From the NCBI RefSeq assembly GCF_964204645.1, contig NC_134034.1, forward strand, positions 11,482,962-11,546,961: a stretch of DNA of 64,000 nt. Reading direction: 5' to 3'. Shown in pieces: positions 1 through 63,200 of this stretch. Position 1 is the stretch's first letter, and each line of letters opens with the position of its first letter. Position numbers and translations under genes: made by a program. The notes under the pieces are model-generated. The model saw nothing but the letters and a program-made list of their open reading frames with translations. It was not told where the DNA came from and searched no databases. The stretch is from Tubulanus polymorphus. Lineage: Eukaryota > Animalia > Nemertea.

Positions 1-779
1 TTCTACAATTCTGTGTGGGTTCGATTTGACTGTGAATCCAGTTCCACAATCGTGTGTGTTAAATTTGTCCCAGGTTCCAGTTCCATAGTTATGTGGCATT
101 AATCCAGAATTCTCCGACCCAGTTCCACAGTTTGTCGACGACAGACAGATAAATGTCTTTCGTGCCTTCAGACCATGAATATCCCAGGCGCACTTTATAC
201 GACGTTCAACCTGCGAAAACAAAATCCGATAACATTAAACGCTGCGTCGGTTTGATGATAAATGCCTTTGAGTCGGCGAGATACAAACCACGCGCGACAG
301 CGACCAGAAACAAAAATATCGCCTTTTTGCACATTTGCAATATCCGGAAAATCCATGAGCTGCAACAATTTGTACGCACGCCATTGACGACGTTGGTTAT
401 GCGTGATTGTGCGTGCGGATGTGCGTGCGATTCCGCTTGTCGTTTGCCGGAGTAACCGACCGCCATTGCGTGGGCAATTATTTCTAAAAATACACGGTTC
501 GTTACTCAGTCGACGATGACAAACTCTGGTTTAGATCGTCCTCCGCTAATGAAGTTACACAAAGCCGGACGATTTCTTTTCCCTTTCATTGCGATTGTTT
601 TTGATTGGAGAGATACGGAAAATATGTATACACGATTAACGGGACAATATGCGGAAGTTTGACAACTTCCGGTAGATATAGCAGACGTTTAGATTGCTCT
701 GTAAACTCGGATAAATCTATCGATAATGGTTTATACCAATTACTGGACTACAAGGCATCATATACCTCAGTAACTTTGC

Positions 780-1230
780 ATCCCTTTTTGTTGTGTGGGT
801 TTAATTTAACTCTGAATCCAGCTCCACAGATGCGTGGGTATAATTTGACTCTGGACCCAGTTACACAGCTGTGTGGGTTTAATTTGACACTGGATCCAGT
901 TCCACAGTTGTGTGGGTATAGTTTGACGCTGCAACCAGTTCCACAGTTGTGTGGGTTTAATTTGACACGGGATCCAGTTCCACAGTTGTGTGGGTATAAT
1001 TTGACGCTGCACCCAGTTCCACAGTTGTGTGGGTTTAATCTAGTTCCGATCCCAGTTGTATAGGTTCAATGTGACTCTGCACCCAGTTCCACAGTTGTGT
1101 GGGTTTAATTTGACTCTGAATCCAGTTCCACAGTTGTGTGGGTTTAATTTGTCTCTGATCCCAGTTCCACAGTGGTTGGGATTTAGTTGACCCTGGATCT
1201 TCTACAAAGTTGTGCGAGTTTAATTCAACT
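780..1230 (+). repeat. 39-bp minisatellite (also at 1-132, 3770-4020, and inverted at 8345-8500 and 25220-25395)
   Basis: Unit CCAGTTCCACAGTTGTGTGGGTTTAATTTGACTCTGGAT. Confidence 0.9.
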
Positions 1231-1638
1231 CACTTCCTCGATTCTAGGTCAGTTTAGACTTTGACCGACGTTCTGAACTTTTTGCTACAAGCAGACGTTA
1301 GAATCAGCCGAACGATGACGTAACACTCTCCAGACGACGGCAAAAAAATTAGATTCGAAAATTACGCTCAAATGCATCCTGGCTGTTCGTCGTTAATCGG
1401 CTGAATTCGATACACCAGTTGGAATTCCACCTGGATTCATTAGAAATGCGTAAAAACTCCCATGAAATTGATTTAATTTGATGCTTTTTCTAAATGGAAA
1501 TTTTCGTTTTCTTCTTATTTCAGTTAAAACTTCGGATCTTCATACAGCTGCAGCAGCAGCAACAGCAGCAGCAGCAGCAGCGCCAGCAGCATGGACCAAA
1601 TCACTAGATTCTAGAAACGAACGTGGTAGAATAAACAG

Positions 1639-43637
<41,999 letters not shown>

Positions 43638-44561
43638 ACATTGCGTAGCGACATGTTTGTAAATTTCTTCCCGAATTGAATGTTTTCCACACTTAAAACG
43701 AACTAACCTACCGGAACAAGATCGTGCGTAATTGTGACTGTTAACCGGGTCCTGGTCGCTGTCCTGGTCCTGGCCCCGGTCCCGAACAGCGCTTGGTATG
43801 TATCGCAGCAGATGTTGTATTTAAATGATGTATATGATATTTTCAATAAAATTGATGATGTATATTGGACAAGTCTTCCTTTTTCGAGGTTGAATGAATT
43901 GTTGAGGTTGTAATATTCGCACACTTATCAAACTAAAAACAACTCGTACATTTTGATAAAATCTTTTTTTTTTCTTTTAAAAATATAATCATTTCGTATT
44001 TATAGGTAATATGTGTATAAAAATCTTCATGTTACGAGTTATAAAAGTTTACGGTAAATTCGCGGTAATTAAAGGGAAATAATGGAAAAAAAGCGGAAGT
44101 TATAAGGAACAATAATAGGGTTGTTACTACAAATATTAGATACTTAAATATGTTGTATGATAAAAGCTCCACAATATTGAACAACGGACAACGGTGTTAA
44201 ACTGACGTATTGGATAGAATGCTCCTACCCATCTTCGAACATTTATTTGAATGAAAAGTCAGTCTATCCTAATCGTTTCCAGGGTCTAGAATTTCTTCAA
44301 AGGGGATGGAGAAAAAGGGGCAACTGTATATTTCACAGGCGGCGCTGTACGACTCGTAGGGGGCCTGGGGGTCCCTCTCCCAGAACATTTCGAAAAATCT
44401 TTTCTAGACGATTTTAGTGAATTTTCAGGGCAATTATACGACATTGGCAACTTCAGAAATAACAAATGCGTTTATAAAAACGTATCTAAAAAAATCGGAG
44501 CCAGAAAAAAAGGCAAAGAAAATCTCCCCGCACCCCTGCACCCCTTCTGGGTCCTCTCCAG

Positions 44562-44699
44562 GGGTCGGTTCCATAGTCAAGACTTAAGACCAAAAGTGGT
44601 CTTAAACATTAAGACTGGTCTTAAGTTGTAAGATTGGCTATAGAACTAAGTTTGTCTTAGACCGGTCTTAAGTCGAAGCCCTGTCTATGGAACCGGCCC
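44562..44699. mobile_element. PIF/Harbinger-type MITE
   Basis: CAG|GGGTCGGTTCCATAG...CTATGGAACCGGCCC|CTG. Confidence 0.65.
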
Positions 44700-44850
44700 C
44701 TGGTTGTTAAATCTTCAATATTGTGAGTCCTTTATAGACGCAAATTGTGACTTGGTTTCGACACGAGTGGTAAACATTTTGTTATTGTCAAAAAGTGATT
44801 CCTTTTTTCTCTTCGGTCTTTTTGGTGTCTTTATTTTTATCTTGTCGATT

Positions 44851-52103
<7,253 letters not shown>

Positions 52104-52413
52104 CAAAACACTGCCTACTACTACGCAGGTTCTGCAGGCCATCGACGACTTCTTCGGCTGGAAATCAGTTCTTACTATTTCTGTTTGACCCTGCGCGTGA
52201 AAAAGTGATTCGTCTTTTTCTTGTATTTGAGATGTGACTGAGTGATCCGTTTAGCTGGATCTTAGGAATTACGATGATTATCCGAAGAATTTCGCAATTA
52301 AAGAAATCCGAAGTAGTCCCACGAATTTTTTAATAGTAGAATTCATTATTATGAAACCACGCCGTTGGTTACGATTATTATGAAGCCATCATCAGGTGTC
52401 TAAAACCATCGGT

Positions 52414-52455
52414 CCACCTGATGATGGCTGTTAGTCAACAGCCGAAACGTTGTGG
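52414..52455 (+). ncRNA. Minimal type I hammerhead ribozyme
   Basis: CCAC-CTGATGA-T-GGCTGTT(agtc)AACAGCC-GAAACGTT-GTGG, with perfect stems I and II. Confidence 0.8.
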
Positions 52456-52479
52456 TTTCAAATTGATAAATTCTATCAT

Positions 52480-52745
52480 ATAAAATTCAAATACAGACAT
52501 TAAAATCTAGTTTTATTTATCGAAAATTAAAATCAAAATACACAACGTTTCGAACTCTAAGTAGAAATCGTCGCCAGGTGTGAGGGGAATTAAACCAATT
52601 AACATGTTCTCCGAAACCTCTCCTTACACCTGACGATGATCTCTAGTGAGAGATCGAAACGTCGCATATTTAGATTTTGATTCTTGAAAAATAAAAATTT
52701 TTATCTTTTGAAGTCTGTATATAGTCGGTTTTGAAATTATTGTTT
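52480..52745. mobile_element. Foldback Penelope-like fragment with back-to-back hammerhead motifs
   Basis: Plus-strand core 52630-52663 CTGACGA-T-GATCTCT(agtg)AGAGATC-GAAACGTC; degenerate inverted copy at about 52540-52582; same family as 22659-22836. Confidence 0.6.
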
Positions 52746-54267
52746 AAGAGAGTTTTTGTTAAGATTATTGCGCTGCCGGTCCGAAGATACAGTGTACATG
52801 CTGGCGAAGTGCAAGACGCTAGAAATATGTGTGACCTACCATGATGATATCCTGATGTTTATAGATCTCTCTTGGTTCGTCCTTGCTGTTGTGTAACTAT
52901 CTATACTTTCAGATAACAATCTAATTTCCACGAAAAAAAAAAACCACTGATATCAGATGAGGCCGGCGCGAATCTGTGACTTTTGTCGTCGACGCTATTA
53001 ATTCCTAAGCTGCATTTTCCTGTTCAAATTGAATTCGGATTCGACAAGAATGTGTTTGATTTATTATCCATCCCCCGGGACCGCAGCTCCTTAGTCGTAT
53101 GTCCGTTATTAGAACTCCAGTATCCACTTTAACGGTAATGAGTCGGTTAGAATCTAAGTTTGTTCATTTTCGATGAGTTAACTCGAGAGTAAAATCTTTA
53201 AACTCGGAACTATTAGTCTGGACCCATAATGTCAAATCATTGGAAATCATTGATTTAAACTAACTCAGAACTTGGGAACGAGTCCCGAAATTCAGGATCC
53301 ATTTGGCAGGATCCATTTGTGCATATTTCTGAGTTAAGATATGACTCTCAGCGTTAACTAATAGAAAATGATGAATTGATTTTAACTCAGCCTGTTAACT
53401 ATCACTCACAACCGTGGAACTGGGCCTTTGAGAATAAAACGAACTGAATTTCATAATCCAAAATTCTATCTCTGTAACCCGACAACACGTGTGGAACTGG
53501 GTCCCGACATTTGCAGCCACACTTACAAGAAGACCACATAGGACGCGAGCCTACAAACACTAAAACTTCACAATGACTGCCTGTCAGCTCATTCCATGTA
53601 TATTTTCTACTACAATATATGCATATATCTATATAATTACAATATGCGATAAAACCAGTTCACATTATGAGCGTTTTTAAAAATAGGCTTTTTCGTTTCT
53701 TTGAATCAAAAACATGTTATTATTAGACCTCTTATGTTTGCGTAAACGCCCACTCAACGGCTACGACTTTAACTGACTTTGACAAAAGGTGACCCTTTCA
53801 GCGAAAAACACCAGGCGGCTATTGACCCAGAATTTAGATGAATAGAAAATGGAAATTTTACACCTAATCGTAGCAACGAGTTTTTATGTACAGTGACGTC
53901 ACTGAATTTTTTTTATGGAATTCTTACTGGATAGTTTTATTAATAAAAAACAAAGAAACGAGCCCGGACCTGGTAACCGGGCGAAAATTACGGTCGGCTC
54001 CGGAGGCACGGAGGAAATAAGAACTTTTAAGCGTCGGAGAAATAATCTATTGCAGGCGGGATGTAAAGAGATTTTTATCGGGCAGATGTTCGAACACGTA
54101 GACCTCCCGAAGCTATATACAGATCGCCGGTTTCTAATACATAACAATAAATACTAAATTGAATTGGTTTTAGACCTTATTTATGGGACTCGAACTTACT
54201 CGAATCTCGCCGGTAGAAATCGGACACTACTCGATTGCGTTCAAACGGGGGTTTCGCATAGAACAAA

Positions 54268-57200
54268 ATGGCCGCTAAAACGCATGACGGTAAGAAAACG
54301 AAATCAGTGAATAAATCGTTTATTTTCAGCTGTTTAAGATGATTTTAACGGAATGATTAATGATGCCGCTGATCACTGACAAGTCAAGATTCGAAATATA
54401 TAATCCGACCCGAAATTCAAACGGTTTGAATTATTTAAATGGAGGCTTGAAAATGAAACTAAAAATTGTTGCTTTCTCTTCTTTTTTCCAAATTTGTTGA
54501 CTTCCGGCTTCTTCGAAGTGATAAAAAAGCGTCGCTTGTCTCTGTCATTTATACCACAATTAATTCTCATTATTTTACGCGATTGCTGATGTCATGTATT
54601 TTTTGTATGATGCCTGATCTGATGGATCCATCTGATATGCGCACCATCCGTCGATCACTGGTCTCGTCAATCCAGCAGGGTTTATTGGTTCAAACCCTGG
54701 TGGCGACAGAGTAACTTGGTCGAAGGTTCTTCTCTGGTCTCTCTACCCGCTGGGAAAAAGAAGCATCGAACCCGTTATAATGCCCTGAGTGGCGCTTAGC
54801 AGGTTGAGGGTATTTAAAAAAACTAATTTTAACGATTTTCTTTTTTCTCGATAGAAATTGAAGCCGAAGTGCGGCGTATTCAGGATAAGAAAGCGTCGCT
54901 CGTCGCCGAGGCGGAAATCGAGAATGAAGACGCCCGTCGAGTCGGGCTCGGCGCCCACGGACACTTCGATACGGATATCTACGAACCGTCGGGTAAATTC
55001 GAGGGTTACGTAACCTCGATCGCTCCGAATGAGGAACAAGATGTAAGTTTAAATCCGCGCGGTCTGATGATTAAATTCAATATTTATTCATCGTGAAATC
55101 TTACGCGATTGCAGATGATAAAAAGAAAGAAAAAATTACCAGGGTTCCTACGGGTCCTGAAATTCCTTAAATTCAGGAAATCGAAATCTAAGGGGTTAAA
55201 TACCCTAAAATTCTAAGCTTTTCTTTTGTAAATTACAAAAGAAAAGATGGTGTATGGTATGGAAAATAGGATAACAATGAAAGAGAAAAATTTATTAACA
55301 CTAATGCAAGTTACCAAATTCTGATATGTTTAATTGATTGGAAGACAGTTGAGCTTTATTCGAAGTTTGTGTTTTTTTTTCCTAGGATGACGAAGAACCG
55401 CCGATGATGATGTTGGGAAAGAAGGCGACGTATACAGCACCGTTGAATGTTTTAAACGATATGGCTCAACACGATCGGGTAAAAAAAAAACGCTTGATTA
55501 TCATCTTTACACCCGGTTCTTATATAGATCAGGGAAATTAAGGAAATTTCAGGGTTCTCGGCGGTAGGCCTACTTGAAGGTCATGAGATCAGATTTATCA
55601 TTCCCTCGGGGAATTCAGAAAATTTCTCGAAAAGTCTGAGAATTAAAATTTTTTGTGTCTCATCGTTGCTGGTTACACTGGGCTCGTGGAACCTCTTGAT
55701 ATGAAGCAGTCCCCATTGAGGATATCTTATGATTTAGTGAGAGAATTTGAATTTTTGGTGTCTTGTTCTTGCTGGTGACGAGTGGCACAAGGAACCTCTT
55801 GATAAGAAATAGACCCCACTGAGGATATCTTATAATTCAATCAGGGAATTTGTATTTTCGGTGTCTTTGGTTGTTCTTGTTGATAATTTGATCAGGGAAT
55901 TTGAATTTTTTTATTCGAATTTTGGTTTTTTGGTGTCTTGTTCTTGCTGGTGGCGAGTGGCACGAGGAACCTCTTGATAAGAAATAGCCACCACTTAGCA
56001 TATAATTTAATCAGGGTATTTTTAGCCAAGTGTCAGGGAAATACTGGGAATTTCAAACTCCAGTGATCTGTAAACATCTTATAACATGAAAAAATTCCAT
56101 TTATCAAAACATTAATTTCCAGTTAAAAAAAAATGTAAAAAAAATTTGACCGCTTGAAAATGTTTTTCTATTTCGTCAGGATTTTGATCCGATGGCCGAA
56201 CACCGACCTCAGAGGATCGCCGACCGCGAGGATGAATACCGAGCTCTACGACGTCAGCGTATAATCTCTCCGGAACGTCACGATCCGTTCGCCGGTACGT
56301 ATCACGTCTCTCGTCTCTCACTGTCTTATATCGTACAATGTTTTTAATATGAATGATTTAATCGCGATTGTGTAATTTAAATGATGGCTCTTAATCCGGA
56401 TCAGCGACGTCCTGATTTTGATTCATTTTTCAAACCTGACTGAAAATTCGTACTGCTGAAGTACTGGATCCAGTTCCACAGTTCTGAGTTAAATTCAACC
56501 CTAGAGTTAAACTTTGAAAATGAACTGATGTTAGCTCAGAGTTAACTCTAACTCACAACCGTGGAACCGGGCCCCGACTATTAGAATATAGTCTAATAAA
56601 CTACTAAATCCGGGAAACGTTTTCGGACCTAATATTATTTATCTATTCGTTATTATTCGCTTTGTACTAGTTTGAATTTTTGTTCGGAGCCATCCCTTTA
56701 TCTACTGGGTGGCTCCGGTCGGACTCTGTTCCGGATTAAGCGTCTTATTATCGTATATTTAAAATGTCAAATGAAAGAAACTTACGAATTATCAACGTGC
56801 GATTGTGGAGCGAGTGGTTCTCGGACCGACGATACGCGGAGATGATGGGAAAAAGAAAATTTATATCTTTTATATGGTTCAACCCTTTCAGCGCGTCTAC
56901 ACCGCAGTGCGGTGTATAAATCGGTGATAGATTTTGCTAGTACACCGCACTGCGGTGTATTGATTTAATTAGTAATGACTAATTATCTCTCTTGGAAGAT
57001 GGCAGCACCTGTCAAACATAGTGAAATAGAAGTTACTAATGATACACTGCACCGCGGTGTAGACGCACTATAGTGGTATTCCCGTTATTCAACATACTAC
57101 GGTGGAATTTTTCAGAATTTTCAAATTATCTTCAGCAATATAGGGTATTAATCAGTCAGCACGGAAAGGGTTAATCATCAGATCTAAACTTAAACTCGCT

Positions 57201-60200
57201 GTTTTTCCAAATTCTTGCGTTCAGTCTGACAACTGCGGTTTGTGCGAATGTTTTTTGTGTGTGAGATTTAGAACCAGTTGAAATAAATCTTGAAAGTTCC
57301 GGGCATTTCGAGGCAAATTCACGAATTCGCTTCTGTTTATTCCTCCTATGACATCATCGCCGACGAGCTTTCGATTTCTATTTGAGATGGTAAATCGGTT
57401 TGCCGGTGATGTCGTAGGGTGATGTTTCAGAGGCGACCATCGAAATGCAGATATCTATACGATAGTCGGTATTAAGAGAGCGTGTGTGAATTTGAACGTC
57501 TGCTGAGGAATGAAAGAGTCTCCGAAAAATTTGATCGATTTTTTTTTCCTCGCAAAAAAAAGAGCAATATTAATATAGAGATGTTTTCTTTCCCCCGTGC
57601 AGTTGGTACCAACAGAACTTGGCTCCGCGTCAGGCTGGATTCGTCAACACGAGATTTGAACACCGCGTATGCTAAGTGTTCTATTGGTGTTCAATGAACG
57701 CCAAACGGTGTTCACGCAACAGTCATGCGTGTGCGTGTGTGTTCTTCTGGCCTGAAAACTCGAACATAATTTTTCAATGCAGATAATCAGAATTTCTTAA
57801 TTGCAAAATTATCTCCTAAAATTTATTTTCAAATACAATGAGCCAGAATTCATTATTTATTTATCCAAATTTTAATTTTGAACTTATGAACTTCAGGATT
57901 GCGTGACGTAAGTGTAGAAATGGAATAAGTCCAGTTCAAAGTCCACAGGTTCCCAGTCATAAAAAAAAAAACTTGTTAAAAATCTCCGAACTACCCCTGC
58001 CAACTTCCGTCCCCATTGTTCAGTGTGCTTGTGAGTAGCGTGAATCGGAAAACAAACTACACTGATCTAGAATTTAAATTATAGGCGACCACTAGGCGGC
58101 GCTGCGTGTCGGCAGCAGACGGACTCTATTGTCGAAAGTTGTTTAAACCGGGAACAGAGCGTAAACAGCGTAGGTATAACGCGCCTACCCGATAATAACG
58201 CAAACAACGATAAATTATTGTTTCCGCGGTTACCGCTGAAGTTTCGATGCATTGTTGCGTTATTGTCGGCGGCGACGACAGGTAAAACAACGTATGGGTT
58301 TTGTTTATCGGGAAAAAAATGGCGACGTTTTTCGCGAATGATGAAAAGTTGTCGCAAATTTTTTTTCAAACAAAATCAGTAAAATGTGGTTAAAAATGCA
58401 GCCCGAATTTAGCTGGATATTTCTCAACTAGTTTCCTTGATTGGTCTATAAGCGAAATTGTCCGTGGGTCTGCTAAGCCGCTGGTTGATTCAAGAGGCAA
58501 ATTAGATCAATTTCAGTCAACAGAGTTCTTACAGATAAGAAAAATCAGGGAATTCAGAGTTTTTCCTCGAAAAACTTGGAATTTGAATTTTTCATGTCGA
58601 TTGAGGTTAGCCTATAATTTAATCGGGGAATTTTCTAGTTACGAGGCTGCGCTCAGGAATAATCCGTGAAGACCCTGATATCTTGAATACAGATAAAATC
58701 TTTTGACAGAAAAATGGTTTTGTCCGCTTTAGGAGTTAATCAAGGAAACAGTGTAAAGTTCATGTACAACCGGGATGCTTAAAAACGTTCATTTTCCGTT
58801 TGAAGATTATTTACCAAAAAAACACCTGAAAAAAAAGGTTTCAAAAGTTGAAAAAATGATTAGTTTGAAGGGCTCAGTTGATGTCTATATTCAATTCTAT
58901 ATCTGACACGTGCCGAGTGCAGATTCATTGAGGACTCCTGAACTCTTCATCTGAAATAAATCTAGATTTTATTCTGGGCTTCGAAAAAAAACAATCAAAA
59001 AATTTGCAGGGGTCAGATTGGTGGTGAAAAATCTGCAAAATCGTGAAGATGTGCGAAAAAATTTTAGAAAAGTTTCATAAAATAGTTTAATCCCTTTTTT
59101 AAGCCAATTACCGTGCAGCTGAGAATTTTAAGCACAAACTGCGATGAAGTTAAAGAAATGATTTCTTTAACTTGAAATTTAATTTCGTTCAAATCCATCC
59201 AGATAGTGGTCAGTAGCCGCTTAGGTTATTGTACCTCGATGTTAGGAAGGTTGGAAATAAACTTGTCCTGAAAAACGCGAAAATTTTGTGAAAAAAAAAG
59301 CCAATTTAAGGACGTGAAAAACAGTAAAAATTCCCGAGTTCATCGATCTGATCCCTGGCTCCTAATTTCAAAGATTTCTCGCGTGAACGAAGTCATCCAG
59401 GTTCGTACAAACGAACGTGATTAAAGAATGTTTTAACGACTGTAGGAACCCCTCGACTCGCGGTTTTAAAAACCGCGAGTTTCCCCCGGACGGAAGGAGA
59501 TGGAATATATTTCGCACGTCGCTAAATTCGATCCGTCACGACTTTCGCGGTCGTGACATTTTTCTTGTGTCGTTACAGGTGGTAAAACGCCGGATCCGTC
59601 GTCTCACGCGCGAACCTACGCGCAGGTCATGTTAGAGGAGAGACTTCGTAATGATCAGGTCAGTTGTACTTTCTCAATTCGTACGCTCGTAAACCGGGGT
59701 CCAGTTTGAATCGTTCGGCCCCGGCTTAAATAATAGTCACAATTGTGGAACTGGATTCCGAGAAATAAACTCATTCTAACTCTCAACACCCGGTTCCACA
59801 GTTCTGAACCCAGTTCCACAGTTGTTGATCCAGTTCCACAGTTCTGGACCCAATTCCATTAGTTGTTGATCCAGTTCCACAAATCTGAACCCAGTTCCAT
59901 AGTTATGGGGTCAGTTCCACAGTTATAGGGTCAGTTCCACAGTTCTGGACCCAGCTCCACAGTTGTTGATCCAGTTCCTCAGATCTGAACCCAGTTCCAC
60001 GGTTGTACGTTCATTTCCACAGTTCCGAACCCAGTTCCACATTTCTTGACCCAGATCCACAGTTCTGAACCCAGTTTAACAGTTGTCAGAAAACATTCAA
60101 CTCATTAGTTAAAACAGAAATGATCGAATTTGAGTCAAATTTAACCAATAATAGCTGTAGAACTGTGTGCTTCCAAAACAAGAGCCGAATTTTCAACTCC

Positions 60201-63200
60201 AATTTTAGCTAATAAATATTGATTTGATTTTTGTCATTAAACAGAAAGATTTGCGGCAGCAGATGGTCGAACGTATGAAAGCTGGTGATCTACGAGCTCA
60301 ACCTTCAAACGGAGCCAGCGCCGCTCAACCCCCGGCAGCGCAACCCAAGAAACGCCGTCGCTGGGACCAGGCAGCAGAGGACGTCTCCACGGAGAAAAAG
60401 AAAAAAACGTCGACCGGCTGGGATCGAGAGACCGGATCGGAGACGCCTCGCGATAGCTGGGCCGAGACGCCCGGTCGCGCGAAGGGATCCGAGACGCCCG
60501 GAGCGACGCCTAGTACCAGGCAGTGGGACGCCACTCCTGGGCACGCGACGCCCGGCGCGGTTACACCCGGGCACGAGACACCCGGACACGCTACCCCAGG
60601 ACACGGAGCCGGCACACCGAGCGCGAAACGCAACAGATGGGATGAAACCCCGAAAACAGAAAGAGGTAGGAAATTAAAAAGACACGTCGAATATCTCTGA
60701 TTTTCAGGGTTCCCTGCAAGGAAAACCAGGAGGATCTGGATTTATATTCCCTGCAAGGAAAATCAGGGAATTCAATCTCACTCTTCTTGAAAATCTGGGA
60801 AAAGTCTTCAGAGAATTTGAATTTTTGGTGTCTTGTTGTTCTTGCTGGTGATTAGTGGCACAATGAACCTCTTGATAAGAAACAGCCCTTACTGAGGATA
60901 TCTTGTAGTTTAATCAGGGAATTTGAATTTTAATGTCTTGTTCTTGCTGATGGAACAAGGAACCTCTTGATAAGAAACAGCCCTCACTGAGGATATCTTG
61001 TAGTTTAATCAGGGAATTTGAATTTTAATGTCTTGCTGTTCTTGTGGATGGAACAAGGAACCCTTTGATAAGAAACAGCCCCCAAGATGATATTTTACGA
61101 TTCAATCAGGAAATTTTCACTAAGTGTCGGGGTATTTAGGATTCTCTAATCTGTAAGAATTTGATATCTAAAATTCTTGCTTCAAACCGTTAAATGTTGA
61201 TTGTTATTGCTGGTATATTTGTAGAAACTCCCGCTCACACCGGTTGGGCTGAAACACCTCGTACAGATCGGATCACCAGTGAGGATCACAGCCACACTCC
61301 GAGCGTTCAGAAACGAGCCTCGCGCTGGGACGAGACTCCTCAAGCGATGGGCAACGCGACTCCCGGCTCAATGACTCCTAGTAACATGACTCCCGGTCAT
61401 ATGACACCCGGCGGTACGACTCCCGGCGGTACACCAGGCGGACTGACTCCCGGTGGGTTGACTCCCAGCGGTACGCCCGGAGGATTTACTCCGGGTGGGT
61501 TGACTCCGAGTGGGGCGACTCCAGCAGGACCGAAAGCAATGGCTATGGCGACACCGACCCCGGGTAAGTGAGGATTTTAGATAATTTATTTGAAATTGAC
61601 TTAAAATACTCAGAACATTTCTTCTTATCATTGTCGTCTGCTAAAGTGATGCTTAATATATGTTAATTTATTTGTGGGTGTGTAGGTCACCTGATGTCGA
61701 TGACGCCCGAACAGATGCAGGCGTACACGTGGCAACGAGAGATCGACGAGAGGAATCGACCGCTCTCCGACGATGAGTTGGAGGCGATGTTTCCTCCGGG
61801 CTACAAGGTAAAAATACAACCTCATCTGAAACATTGTTTCACTACTGTCTTAACCCTTTCAGTGCTGACTAATCTATACCCTATAGTGCTGGAGATAATT
61901 TGAAAATTTTGAAAAATTCCGTCCTAGTGTGTTGAATAACAGGAATACCACAAAAGTGCGTCTACACCGCGGTGCAGTGTATCATTAGTTACTAATATTT
62001 CACTATGTTTGACAGGTGCTGCCATCTTTCAATAGAGATTAAAACTAATTACATCAATACACCGCAGTGCGTTGTACTAGCAAAATCCATCACCGATTCA
62101 TACACCGCACTGCAGTGTAGACGCACTGAAAGGGTTAATAACAACGGGATTGATTAGAAAAATCATGAAAATTTTTACAAATTATAATAATCGATTTTGT
62201 TTGCAATGTTTTTCAGGTTTTACAACCTCCGGCTGGTTACGCTCCGATACGTACTCCGGCTCGTCGACTGATCGCTACTCCGACGCCGATCGCCGGCACT
62301 CCGGTCGGATTCCGCATTCAAACTCCCGATCATAAAACTCAAGTCGTCGACATGCAGCCGAAGGGTAACCTGCCGATGATGAAACCCGACGATATTCAGT
62401 ACTTCGATAAATTATTGGTGAGTCTAGAAAAAATGCACAACACGATCTCCATGCGACTCCGTGATTCCTTAAAAACTCCTTCGAAACAAAAAATGCCCTT
62501 TAAGGTCGTTGAAACTCCTTTAATTTGAACGAAATGTTTGAAAGTTCTTCAATTTTGAGAAATAGGTAATTAGAAATTTTGTCTAGTTTGTAGTTGTACA
62601 GTAAACTACGCCTTAATCGTTAATTACCGGTTTATCCAAAATAAAGAGTACCGGTTTAGGAGGAGTCTACTGTAATTGGGATATGAAAGTGATGCAGACG
62701 CTTTCTCAAAATTTGCTCCTTTAAAACTCGATGAAAACTCCTCAAATCAAGTAATGACCGATCTATAGCGACCCTGTATATCCAGGAATGGCTGATCTGT
62801 AGAGAGACTCTTCTGGAAATTTGAAATTGTCTCCTTTAAATCTCCTTGAAGACTTATATCCTGGAATGACTGATGTGTAGGGACCGTGTGTTTATTTGGT
62901 AATATACCGACCCTCTCTGCCCCCTCATCCTCAGTTCCTCGTAAACTCACTATACCTGTCTTACCTGTATTAGAGATATTGAAATATTAACCGCGAAACT
63001 CGACAATAATTGAATTGTTTTGCGATGATTTCAGGTTGAAGTTGACGAAGAGTCTTTGTCGCCCGAGGAGCAGAAAGAACGTAAAATCATGAAACTATTG
63101 CTGAAAATCAAGAACGGCACGCCACCTATGCGTAAAGCCGCGTTAAGACAGATCACCGATAAAGCGCGCGAGTTCGGCGCCGGGCCGCTGTTCAATCAGA

